The notes under the pieces are model-generated. The model ran no database searches, was not told the origin of the DNA, and worked only from the letters and a program-made list of their open reading frames with translations. A stretch of 64,000 bases of DNA from assembly GCA_951406725.2 (NCBI GenBank), contig OX597816.1, positions 119,722,001-119,786,000 of the forward strand, in the 5' to 3' direction. The first letter of the stretch is position 1, and each line of letters starts with the position of its first letter. The position numbers and the translations under genes are program-made. The stretch is from Octopus vulgaris (taxonomy: Eukaryota). Of this stretch, positions 1-10,918 are shown piece after piece.

Positions 1-62
1 CATCAAGAAACGCAAAGAAGGGTAGCTCTGTCCAATCCACTATTTCATCAAGACTGATTTCT

Positions 63-201
<139 letters not shown>

Positions 202-839
202 TAAAAGAAAGGCAGCGACTTCGAAATTCGTCCAGAACTGGCTTCTCAAGCTTTGTTGGAATGATAGAAATTTGTCATATACTTCGTATATAAAGCTTAG
301 AATAGCGTTTCCCATGCATTTGTCGGTCAAGTACGCTCTAGATGACAAGCTGAATCGGCCAACAGCCTTCCTAAAGTGAGTCTAAAATAAACAAGCATTG
401 GCGCTAATAACGGTGCCCCAGCATAGTCACAATTTCTAACTAAAACTGATGGTAGTATAATAATAGAGTAACTTAAGCCTTGTCTCTATAACACTTTCTT
501 ATAATTTAGAATGAACCTCTACTATAATAGCCTCCTTTCAATTAACATTATATATTTCTAGACGTATTTCTTGTCTAATTACATTTTCCGTTGTCCTTTC
601 ACTACCAAAGATATTTCTTTCATTCAATATTTCCATTCAGTATTATTGGTGTATGTTGTAATTCAATACATTTATAACAATTTATAATTTACTTTATTAG
701 ACAACTCATATCAGCTTACATTAGTTTGTCCTTTGACATTGTATTTAGCAACTTAATTTTGTAAACACCTAAATATTAAAGTACCCTATTTACTGTTCCT
801 AACAATTAATTAGTTGGTCTTCTCTACCAAATAACTATA

Positions 840-1011
840 CTGACACACAAACAAATACATTCATACACACACAGACGCACACACACACACATGTACAAAT
901 ATATATACATACATACATTACATACATACACACACACAAGCATATATATATATGTGTGTGTATATATATAAATATATATATATATATATACATACATATA
1001 TATATATATAT

Positions 1012-1083
<72 letters not shown>
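840..1083. repeat. Compound (CA)n/(TA)n/(TACA)n microsatellite
   Basis: Directly visible. Confidence 0.97.
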
Positions 1084-1085
<2 letters not shown>

Positions 1086-1335
1086 TCATCAATTTGTGTT
1101 GCAGATTCCTGATTTGAAGTCGTGTGTTGAAATCGATATTGTTGTATTTCGGGATGGTCATTTTTTTTTTTGCCAAATAAACACACGCACTATATATTTT
1201 TCACTCACTCGTTTATTACTGTTCTTATTTTATTATTTTAACTCATGTCCATTGTCCGGAAATCTTTCGACACACATCTGTGACCTCTTCAGCGACACTT
1301 TTCGTTTTCGTGTGTGTTCTTGCTCCACTTCATTC
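1084..1335 (-). mobile_element. Short interspersed repeat with hammerhead motif (Penelope pLTR/retrozyme-like); diverged relative at 46265-46535 (+)
   Basis: Shares GAAGTCGTGTGTTGAAA..GATATTGTTGTATTT..GATGGTCATTTT..AAACACACGCACTATATATTT with the reverse complement of 46400-46510; both carry an HHR core; abuts (TA)n. Confidence 0.8.
1253..1298 (-). ncRNA. Minimal type I hammerhead ribozyme motif (slightly decayed)
   Basis: Minus strand reads GTCG CTGAAGA G GTCACA GATG TGTGTC GAAA GATT TC CGGAC; cores CUGANGA, GAAA and UH are present. Confidence 0.7.
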
Positions 1336-1359
1336 TGTTTTTCTAAGAACACCTTATGG

Positions 1360-1545
1360 ACATGCTGGAGCACTGCCTTTAGTCGAGCAAATCTACCCCA
1401 GGACTTATTCTTTGTAAGCCTAGAAATTATTCTATCGGTTTCTTTTGCCGAACCACTAAGTTACGGGGACGTAAACACACCAGCATCTGCTGTCAAGCGA
1501 TGTTGGTGGGGGACAATACAGACACACACACACAATATACACACA
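1360..1545 (-). mobile_element. 3' part of abundant tRNA/CORE-type SINE
   Basis: Matches 32337-32545, 25545-25750 and (inverted) 52360-52575 within this window. Confidence 0.9.
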
Positions 1546-1766
1546 CGCACACTGGATTACGTGTTCTTTTCTCTTTTTGTCTTCTGCAATTTTATCTTTG
1601 ATCTTCTATATATATATGAAGATTTTACCTCCGTCTGGCTGTTTTTCTCTCTGCAAGACAAAAAGTTACATTGTGAAACAGTGATTTTAACGAGTTGTTT
1701 TATTTACTTATCACCCGACGAGATACATCTGCACCACTGGACTCCTGAACCAGTTGTTGAGTGTCC

Positions 1767-1809
1767 CACCAGAGGAATCGACGCTAGATGTGTCGAAACA
1801 ATTATCGTG
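1767..1809 (+). ncRNA. Degenerate hammerhead motif
   Basis: CAC CAGAGGA atc GACGC tagat GTGTC GAAAC AATT ATC GTG; U4 is mutated; followed by AATAAA and (TA)n. Confidence 0.5.
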
Positions 1810-2170
1810 TTTAATAATAAATTCTCGTATATTCCATCTTCTGTCTTTCATTTGTTATATATATATATATATATATCTGTACATACACAGACGAACGAAA
1901 AACAGAGCTATTGGTCAGAAGGTCAAGCGCAATTTCAGCTTCTATCGATAATATTGCTTCCACGCTGGAGGCACCGGCAAGGAACTTGCCGGGAATGGAA
2001 TCAAAACATAACAAAACAATACACAGAATAGGGCTTAGGGCCACACGAAGACAACAATTAAAAGGAAAGTAATACATATACAGTAAAAAAAGCTTTAGGG
2101 CTGCAAGACAAGACAAAAATGGGTAACGCGAAGACGAAATGAAAAACACGGAAGGGGTAGACCTAGGAGC

Positions 2171-2189
2171 TCAGAAAATCGTGGCTTAT

Positions 2190-2263
<74 letters not shown>
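2171..2263. repeat. (TA)n microsatellite
   Basis: Directly visible. Confidence 0.98.
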
Positions 2264-2265
<2 letters not shown>

Positions 2266-2303
2266 GTAATATAATAATAATGTGACAATTATTCAGTTAC
2301 CAA

Positions 2304-2364
2304 AATAAAACTCCGAGTTTCGGATGTCGGGACGGAAATCTACTCCGGCATCTCGTCAATTATT
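2304..2364 (-). ncRNA. Type I hammerhead motif (C3U variant or decayed)
   Basis: Minus strand reads AATAA TTGACGA GATGCCGGA..TCCCGACATC C GAAAC TCGGA GTT TTATT; stem I AATAA/TTATT, long stem II, near-palindromic stem III. Confidence 0.65.
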
Positions 2365-2390
2365 AAGACAATAAAAACATACGTGAATTC

Positions 2391-2492
<102 letters not shown>

Positions 2493-2583
2493 GTGTTGGA
2501 ATTTACAAACAAAAGAAACGATGAAGACGGGTGTGTAAACAACAAATAGATGTATTAGTTTAACGCTCGGGAAGTGAGAAAGT

Positions 2584-2618
2584 CTTTTACGTTTCGAGCC
2601 TACGCTCTTCAACAGAAA
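2584..2618 (-). ncRNA. Minimal hammerhead in PLE pLTR with CUGUUGA core variant
   Basis: Minus strand reads TTT CTGTTGA A GAGC GTAG GCTC GAAAC GTA AAAG, the typical minimal PLE HHR layout. Confidence 0.75.
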
Positions 2619-3139
2619 TGAACATAGAAATAAACAGAGAGCGAAAACTTAGAAAAAGGTTTAGTGGCTAGCGATCAATCATTGCGAATGCCGGACAGAG
2701 GTGGTCAGACAGGAAAGCTAGGAAGAAGGGGAGATAATAAAGTAGTGGTAAACCCAAAACGAAGATGCGTGCGTGTGTATGTGCGTGAGGATAGGGCTGG
2801 TGACCTTGACGTGTGCGTGTATGCATGTGTAGATGTGTGGATGATGGTGTAAGTGCTGGGATGGTGTGGTATGGTGTGATGTGGTGTGGTGGTGTTGGGG
2901 TGTGGGGGTGAATGTGGGGGGTATGTGGGAGTGGGGTGTAAGGGCGGGATGAGGTATGTGGCAGTGGAATGAGTGGGATGGGGTGGGGTGGGATGGGATG
3001 TATAGAGATGTTAAGGTTGGAATGCGTAGAGGTAGAGTAACGATGGAGGGAGAGGGTGGAAGAGAGAAGGTGGGTAGGAGTGAAGAGAGGTAGTAGGTGT
3101 CAGGGTAAGGGAGGAGAGGAGAGGTGGATGGGAGTGAAG

Positions 3140-4880
3140 GGACGAAGTAGGTGTGAGAGGAAGAGAGGAGGAGAGTTGAGCCCATGTGGCGCAAAGGAGC
3201 GAAGAGAGAAGATTACAACCAGTTCACGGTGAAGCCGGGAGTCCGGATGGCCCCTTTGTGAGGACAATCCGAACACAGACAGGTGTTGTAAAGAATGACC
3301 GGTAGAGTGGAAATGGCGCGAGACCGGGGTGTCGTTGCCGAGTCTGATGTCTCGGAGGTGTTCTGCGAACCGGTCAGCCAAGCGGCGTCCCGTTTGACCG
3401 ATGTACAGAGAAGGACAGAGAGAGCAGATGTAGTAGATGACGTTCTTAGAAGTGCAGGTGAAGGAGACGGTGATATGATAGGGTCGATGATAGGTGCCTG
3501 TGAGGATGGTGGTGTTGGAGAGGTAAGGGCGAGTGCGGCAGCGTAGGCGGGGGCGGGGGAACGAGCCGGGTTGGGAGATTGGGTTAGGGAAGAAACTGTG
3601 GACCAGGAGGTCACGTAGGTTGTGGGCTCGTTTGAAGGCGGGGAGGGGTCGGTTAGGGAAGATGTGCGGGGAAGGGGTCGGACTGGAGTCGCCGGAAGGC
3701 TCGGAGAATTGTGCGTGGGAGAGGTTGGGTGGAGGGGTGGTAGGTGAGGAGATATCCACGTAGGATGAAGTGGCGAGCCATAAGTTGAGACTGAGTCTCA
3801 AAGTCATGGTTGCCACTGCAGAGCCTGCGCAGACGGAGGAATTGGGAATAGGGGATGGAAAGCTTGATGTGTTTAGGGTGGGAGGAGGAGAAGTTGAGGT
3901 ATGAGTGTGAGTCTGTGTGTTTGTAGTGAGTGGAGGTGGTGAGAGTGGAGTGATGAATGTTAACTGAACTGTCGAGAAAGGCGACGGAAGTGTTGGAAAT
4001 AGTGTAGGAGAAGTGGAGGGCAGGATGGAAAGATTTGACAAAAAAGAGGAAGGAGTCTAGTTGTTCGCGGGAGAGTGAGGCCGCACCGATACAGTCGTCA
4101 ATATAACGACCGTATAGTTCGGGAGTGGGACTAGTGAAACTTGAGAATATTTGGGCCTCAACATAGCCAACGAACAGGTTCGCATAGTTGGGGCCCATTC
4201 TCGTTCCTATGGCCACTCCTGAGTTCTGCTGGTAAAAATCACCCGCGAACGAGAAGCAGTTGAGTGAGAGGACAAGTTCGGCCAGACGAAGAGGTGTGGG
4301 TGTGGCAGGTTGAGGTTGGGTCGATGGTAAAGGTACTGTTGGAGTGTACGCAGCCCCTCATAGTGAGGGATCACCGCGTATAGGCTCTTGATGTCAAGAG
4401 TGAAGAGAAGTTTAGAGGGGCCAGGAGGGAAGGAGAAAAAGTTGAACAGACGAAGAGCATGGTCGGTGTCATGGATATGAGAGGGGATGGAAGCCACTAG
4501 GGGGGCAAGGACACGGTCAAGATATTTGTAGATGAGTTCGATGGGGCAGTTGCAGGCGGAGACGGTGGGGCGGCCAGCGTTGCTAGGTTTGTGAATTTTA
4601 GGGAAGAAGTAAATTGTTGGGGTCGAGGGTGCGGACAATGAGGTTGGAGGCGGTGGGGAGAGACGGAAGGAGGAGATGAGGTCATAGATAGTGGAGGATA
4701 CCGTCTGTTGGTAGCTGGTCGTGGGGTTGGAGGGCAGAGAGCAGTAGAACGAGGTGTCTTGAAGTTAGTGGAGGGCTTCGGCCTTGTAGGGGTCCGCGCC
4801 CCAAACCACCACGGCTCCACCCTTGTTGGTCGGGTTTACGATGATGTCTTTGCGGCGTCGGAGACATCGAAAGGCCAAGA
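3140..4880 (-). pseudogene. Frameshifted PLE reverse transcriptase + GIY-YIG endonuclease
   Basis: Motifs FFPKIHKP..GRPTVS, LFTLDIKSLY..IPH, AIGTRMGPNYANLFVG, YGRYIDDCIG, HSYLNFSSSHP, SIPYSQFLRLRRLCS and NVIYYICSLCPSLYIGQTGRRLADRFAEHLRDI, spread over ORFs 4207..4638, 3653..4216 and 3100..4041. Confidence 0.95.
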
Positions 4881-4999
4881 GTTCGAACACACACACACAT
4901 CAATCACTTTCCCTCCCCTCTCTCCTTTCCTACTCTTTCTCTCTTTCTTTCACTCTCTTTCTCCCTCTCCCTCTCCCCCTCTCTCTCTATTGCTCTAAC

Positions 5000-5610
5000 T
5001 TTCCTCACCACCATCATTCCGTAAATGTTACCACCAACACCACCAACACATTCACCACCATCACCTCCACCACCACCACCATAAATCAGCATTTCCATCG
5101 CAACTAATTCAACCACCACTACCACTGGCGCTACTACCACCAACACTATTATTACTAACACCATTATTATACTGTCACTACTTGTTATGCGTACAATACC
5201 GTCACGACTACCACAAGTACTTTCTCCATAACCACCACCACCACGATCACTACCACCGCTACCACCACTACTACTATTGCCAACGCTCCTGTGATACTGA
5301 TACTGCCACCGCCACTAATTCAATTAGCACCACTTGTACCACCATCAGACCGGATATACAAACACCTCAGACGCGCGCAGCACACACACACAAGCACACA
5401 TGCATGCACGCACGAATACGCACACACACACACCAATACTACCACCTTATCCACTTCCACCACCTCTACAACCACCAAAACTATCATATCACATTGGTAC
5501 AACTACTACCAACACCACTACATTAGCAATAACAATACTACTATAGCGGCATTGTTCCTACAATTATACTATCACCAACACTACAACCACTACTAACACC
5601 ACCACCGCTT
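5000..5610. repeat. Degenerate (ACC/ACT)n low-complexity tract
   Basis: Trinucleotide-rich sequence, directly visible. Confidence 0.85.
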
Positions 5611-5639
5611 CTACCTGTACGAGCCAACGAGGGAGATGA

Positions 5640-6096
5640 TATGGTCCCTCAACCAGCTAAAAATAGCAGTCAAATCTCCTTTAAACCACAAACCTCCTCA
5701 TCCACCCCCAACGCTTCAGAAAAGTACACATTGGTGAATGTGATCTAAGGTTTCTTGCAAGTAAGTAAAAAGATAGGATGGTGGTCACGGCTGGAGTGTA
5801 TTTAATTATAAATATTTACGATCATGGATGACTTAACGACAATGTGGTCCCTCGACCAGGTAGAAATAGTAGCCAAATTCCCCACCACCACCAGACATAG
5901 AAAAGAACATATTGGTTGATGTGATCTCACGTTCCCGGCAAGTAGGTAAAAAGATAGGATGGTAGTCACAATTGGAGTGTATTTAATTATAAATATGAAG
6001 AATCATGGATGACCTCAGAATCAATGAAAATCAGTGTGCCCCATCGATCAGCTAGAAATAGCAGCCAGATCTCTCTTAAATTATAGACCTTAAACA

Positions 6097-6185
<89 letters not shown>

Positions 6186-6342
6186 CCTTAGAAATGAACA
6201 CATTGATTACTATGATAACACTTCCCTGCAAATAGGAAAATAGGTAGTCATGGTTGGAGTGTCTTTAATTATAAATATGTATGATCATAGATGAGCTTAG
6301 ACTGAGCAACAATCAATGTGGTCCCACGACCAGCTAGGAATA
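5640..6342 (+). repeat. Diverged tandem array of ~200-bp units (3 copies plus the start of a 4th)
   Basis: TGGTCCC..CCAGCTAGAAATAGCAGCCA..GATAGGATGGTAGTCA..TGGAGTGTATTTAATTATAAATAT..ATCATGGATGAC recurs at ~5640, ~5842, ~6035 and ~6317. Confidence 0.85.
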
Positions 6343-6343
6343 T

Positions 6344-6770
6344 GGCGTGGCTGTATGGTAAGAAGCTTGCTTCCCATCCACATGGTTCCGTGTTCAGTTC
6401 CCCTGCGTGACACCTTGGGCATGTGTCTTCTACTATAGCCTCGAGCTGACCAAAGCCTTGTGAGTGGATTTGGTGTGTATGTGTGCGTGTGTGTGTGCAT
6501 GTGTGTGTATGTAAGTGTGTGTATGTGTGTGTGTGTGTCTCTCCCTCTTTGTGTCTGTCTGAATTTGTCCCCCCCCCCCCGCCCACCATCACCGCTTGAC
6601 AACCGGTGTTGGTGTGTTTATGACCCTGTAACTTAGCAGTTCGGCAAAACAAAAAAAAACGATAGGATAAGTACTAGGCTTAAGAAATAAGTCCTGTGGT
6701 CGATTTGTTCGACTAAAAAAACCTTCAAAGTGGTACTCCAGCATGGCCACAGTCAAATGACTGAAGCAAG
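6344..6770 (+). mobile_element. Near full-length tRNA-derived CORE-type SINE with internal (TG)n
   Basis: A-box-like GTGGCTGTATGG, B-box-like GTTCAGTTCC, CORE-like CACCTTGGGCA.GTGTC, shared 3' tail. Confidence 0.88.
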
Positions 6771-6905
6771 CTTCTTTCAGATTTCGTCTAGCAAATCCAC
6801 TCGCAAAAGGCTTTGTTAGTCGACCCGGAGCTATTGTAGAAGACATTTGCCCAAGATACTACGCAGTAGAATTGAACACGGGATGCAAACTTTTATATCA
6901 CACAT
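6771..6905 (-). mobile_element. CORE-type SINE head fragment
   Basis: AAATCCACTCGCAAAAGGCTT..GTAGAAGACATTTGCCCAAG. Confidence 0.8.
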
Positions 6906-6949
6906 TCTAATATTTTAATTAAGAAATAAAGCCACCAGTTTTAAGGGGA

Positions 6950-7060
6950 CACCTTTGGTCAACACCATTTGACTGGTACTTTATTTTATCGACCCCCTGA
7001 AAGGATGAACGACATCATTAGCCCCGGCGAGAATTTGAACCCGTAACGTTAAAGAGCCTA
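6950..7060 (-). mobile_element. Second SINE family fragment
   Basis: CTGGTACTTTATTTTATCGACCCC.GAAAGGATGAA..GAATTTGAAC. Confidence 0.8.
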
Positions 7061-7351
7061 AAGAACCACAACCACTGTCATCAAATACTACCACCTTCAC
7101 CACGCCCACCACTAATAACCCTCTATCAACACTACCCTGTCAACAATCTGTCATAAAGTCTATAAAAAGCCGGCTGGCGTTAAAAAAAATCGGCCATAGT
7201 GACTTAATTCTTGAGCCAGTCATCACTTTCCGATGGGAGTGGGAGAAAAGGTAAAAGAAAGGGGGAGTAGGAGGTGGAGTATGAGGAAAGGAGGAGGAGG
7301 AACGGGAGGAGGAAATGTATGATGGGTGGTAATGATGGAGAGAGGGGGAAT

Positions 7352-7382
<31 letters not shown>

Positions 7383-7499
7383 GAGGGAGAGGGAGGCGGG
7401 AATGATAGCTTGCGTTTAATTAACATTGCTATTCGGTCGACTGACTATTGCTTGTCCCCAATCACGTTGTATCATCACAGCGGAAGGTGTGTGTGAAGG

Positions 7500-8573
7500 G
7501 GTGGAGATTATTGATGATGAGTGGTGGTGGTGGTGGTGGTGGTCGTCGTCGTCGTCGTGGTTGGTCTGTGGCGTGGTTATGATGATAATGATGGTGAAGG
7601 TGGAGTACTTATGGTGATACGATAATGATGATGATGATGATGACAACGAGGATGGGGGTATGATGTGGTTTTGGTGATGATAATGACGGCGAGGGAGATG
7701 CAGGGTGGGTTATGATGATGCAAACGGTTAAGAGATGAGGTGGTTCTAAAGATGATGATGATACTCATGGTAGCGGGGTGCTGGTGCTGCCGGTGCTGGT
7801 TGTGGTGGTAGTGGCGGTGCTGCTGCTGCTGATGATGATGATGATAGAATTGGTGGAGTGGTGGTTGTGGTGGTGCCGCAGTTTGCTGCTACTGGTGATG
7901 ATGAGGTGATGGTAGTGGTAGTGGTGATGGTGCTGCTGTTCATGATGGTGAGGTGGCGGTGGCGGTGGTGGTGGTGGTGGTGGTGGTGGTGGTGGGTGGT
8001 GGTGGTGGTGATGGTGCTGTTGTTCATGATGGTGAGGTGGCGGTGGCAGTGGTGGTGGTGGTGGTGATGGTGCTGCTGTTCATGATGGTGAGGTGGCGGT
8101 GGCAGTGATGGTGGCAGTGGTGGTGATGGTGGCGGTGGTGGTTATGGTAGTGCTGGTGATAGTCGTGGTGGTGCTGGTGGTGCTGGCCGTCGTCGTCGTC
8201 GTTGTCGTAATGGTGTGGCGGTGATGGCTTTATTGCACATTGGTGCGTGTGTGAGAGATTGTGGTTGCGCTGCTAACTGTAGTATCGGCACTCGTACTTT
8301 GTAATGGTGGTGACGGTGATAGCTGTAGAGGTGCTAGTTGATATTATTGCTTGTGATAATTCTGAGAGCGGTGAGACAACGGCAATACCGATAGTGATGC
8401 TGGAATTACAGTTTGGGGGAGGTGCTGGTGGGTGTGGTGACATAGGCGGTAGTGGTGGTAGTTTGGGTGGTTCTATTATCACTGACGTTGATATTTCTAG
8501 TGATGTTGCCACTACTACTACTACTACTACTACTACTCACAACTACTACTGCTGCCTTTGCTGCTGCTACTGT

Positions 8574-8609
<36 letters not shown>

Positions 8610-8759
8610 AACTACAACTACTACTACTACTACAACTGTTACTACAGCTGCTGCTGCAAATAATACTACTACTACAGCTACTGTTACTACTACTACTACT
8701 TCTGCTACTATCACAACTACTAGAACTACTGTTATTACTAATACTACTGCCGTTGTTAC

Positions 8760-8797
<38 letters not shown>

Positions 8798-8800
8798 ACA
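7500..8800. repeat. Compound (GGT/GAT/CTA/TAG)n trinucleotide low-complexity region with a short internal 3x repeat at ~7924-8105
   Basis: Directly visible; explains the poly-T/S/H/V ORFs. Confidence 0.92.
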
Positions 8801-8984
8801 GCCGCAGCAAGCAAATTAAAAGGATCTCGGCCAGTTTGGACAATGAGTATTCAGTTACCCGACCAATGAATTCAAGAGTGGTTGAGTAATCCATAGACAC
8901 GAATAACCCGTAAAGTAATCCTCAGGCAGGATCAGTGTGACAAGGATGGACCTTTGAATTACGTATGGAGTCAAGCTCATGGGG

Positions 8985-9140
8985 TTCCACACAGTTTCCA
9001 TCTACTTAATTTCAGTCACAAGGCTTGCGTTGACCCGAGATTATAGTAAAAAGAACGTAGTGCCGAATAGGTTTCATTCACTGGGGTCGAACCCGGTGCT
9101 TCGAGGCAGCGAAGCGAACTTCTTAACCATTCGGCCATGT
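8985..9140 (-). mobile_element. Degenerate CORE-type SINE head
   Basis: CAGTTTCCATCTAC..CACAAGGCTT..GGGGTCGAACCCGG..CTTAACCATTCGGCCA. Confidence 0.7.
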
Positions 9141-9219
9141 TGCGTTTAGCTACTACTACTACCATATCTGATACTGCTACAATTACTACTACCACCACCA
9201 CTAACACTACTACTACTGC

Positions 9220-9267
<48 letters not shown>

Positions 9268-9295
9268 CAATAATAATAATAATAATGATGAGGAT

Positions 9296-9510
9296 GATTT
9301 CAAATTTTGGCACAAAGCCAGCAAGTTCGGGGGAGGGAGTAAGTCGATTATATCAGTCCCAATGCTCAACTGGTATTTATTTTATCGACCCTGGAAGGCT
9401 AAAAGGCAAAGGCGAGCTTGGCGGCGTTTAAACTCAGAACACAAAGACAGGCGAAATGCCACTAATTATTTTTGTCCGATATGAGAACAATTCTGCCAGC
9501 TCGCCACTTT
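9296..9510 (-). mobile_element. tRNA-derived SINE (second family)
   Basis: Ends TTCTGCCAGCTCGCC; shared central GAAGG..AAAGGCAAAG. Confidence 0.85.
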
Positions 9511-9539
9511 ACTGAGACTAAAGGTTTTATCCCATTATC

Positions 9540-9870
9540 TCGTTTTTTGTCAACCCTTAGGTCTCCTGCCGATTGCTTTGGCTTGAAGAATCCGTCTTGC
9601 GTCTCTTTCCTGCAACATTCTAATTACATGTCCGTAGTACCGGGGCATTGACCTCTCAATGCGGAGAAGTAGCGGCTCGACTTGGAGAGACTTCCTGATC
9701 TCTGAGTTACGCTTCCTGTCGAGTAAAGTTACTTCAGAGATCCTTTGGAGGAACCCCGTTTTGCCCGCTTGTATTCGTAATCGTACTCTTTCAGTTACTA
9801 CCCAACATTTATATCCATTATGTGAGGATAGGCATGAAAACCAAACTGGAGATAGCAAATTTTGCTTTTT
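9540..9870 (-). pseudogene. RTE-clade LINE 3' ORF fragment
   Basis: ORF 9550..9858 FLQRISEVTLLDRKRNSEIR..LRIERS..YGHVIRM..R.ARRIL..GRRPKG is the typical RTE C-terminus. Confidence 0.88.
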
Positions 9871-9995
9871 TAACTATGCTCTCTTCTTCTTAAGATCAAA
9901 TGAACACCTCTTTCCAAATGTAAAACTGGGTTTGCGTAGAGCCAACACCTCAACCTCGAAAAAGGTATCGATAATAATTCAAAACGAAAATACCT

Positions 9996-10480
9996 ATTTC
10001 TTTACTACCAACAAGGGGGCTAAACACAGAGAGGACAAACAAGGACAGACACATGGATTAAGTTGATTATATCGACCCCAGTGCGTAACTGGTACTTATT
10101 TAATCGACCCCGAAAGGATGAAAGGCAAAGTCGACCTCGGCGGAATTTGAACTCAGAACGTAGCGGCAGGCGAATTACTGCCAAGCATTTCGCCCGGCGT
10201 GCTAACGTTTCTGCCAGCTCGCCACCATTCTAATCGAAAATACCTATTCCTTTACTACCCACAAGGGACTAAACACAGAGGGGACAAACAAGGACAGACA
10301 AACGAATTAAGTCGATTACATCGACCCCAGTGCGTAACTGGTACTTAATTTATCGACCCCGAAAGGATGAAAGGCAAAGTCGACCTTGGCGGAATTTGAA
10401 CTCGGAACGTAGCGGCAGACGAAATACCGGTAAGCATTTCGCCCGGCGTGTTAACGATTCTGCCAGCTCTCGCCGCCTTT
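9996..10480 (-). mobile_element. Two head-to-tail full-length SINEs (second family), each bounded by CGAAAATACCT
   Basis: The direct repeat occurs at 9985, 10235 and 10485, spaced exactly 250 bp. Confidence 0.93.
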
Positions 10481-10700
10481 TAATCGAAAATACCTGCAAG
10501 ATGAAGAGGCATCCCAGAGTCGAGAACAGTGGAGAAAAGTTGTCGATAGCTTATACTCCATAGGGGTTGAATAACTTACCACCGTTGTTACTACAAGCAT
10601 TTGCCAATCCAACCACAATCACCTTCATCACATCTACCATCATCACTACCATTATCACTACTAGTATCAATGTTTAGTCACCACTAGTACCATCGGAAGA

Positions 10701-10918
10701 AAGGCGGCGAGCTGGCAGAAACGTTAGCACGCCGGGCAAAATGCGTAGCCGTATTTCGTCTGCCGTTACGTTCTGAGTTCAAATTCCGCCGAGGTCGACT
10801 TTACCTTTCATCCTTTCGGGGTCGATAAATTAAGTACCAGTTACGCACTGGGGTCGATGTAATCGACTTAATCCCTTTGTCCTTCCTTGTTTGTCCCCTT
10901 GTGGGTAGTAAAGAAATA
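10701..10918 (+). mobile_element. Full-length tRNA-derived SINE with 15-bp TSD
   Basis: AGTACCATCGGAAGA at 10686-10700 and 10919-10933; B-box GAGTTCAAATTCC; central GCCTTTCATCCTTTCGGGGTCGATAAATTAAGTACCAG (resembles Nin/Deu-type domains, from memory). Confidence 0.95.

Larger units (their letters stand above)
2493..4887 (-). mobile_element. Penelope-like retroelement (Neptune/Poseidon-like), 5'-truncated, with 3' pLTR containing an HHR
   Basis: RT plus GIY-YIG remnants (see next features), HHR at 2584-2618, flanked by (TA)n and (CA)n. Confidence 0.93.

Noticed and set aside
952-2031. 359-aa ORF
   Set aside because: It runs through (TA)n, an HHR cassette and a SINE in sequence; a chance open frame with no domain.
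6344-6420. tRNA genes at SINE heads (also 10701, 50508)
   Set aside because: A/B boxes only; no complete cloverleaf, and each continues into a SINE body.
8304-8900. Mucin-like poly-Thr/Ser ORFs
   Set aside because: Translations of (CTA)n/(TAG)n microsatellites, open in several frames.
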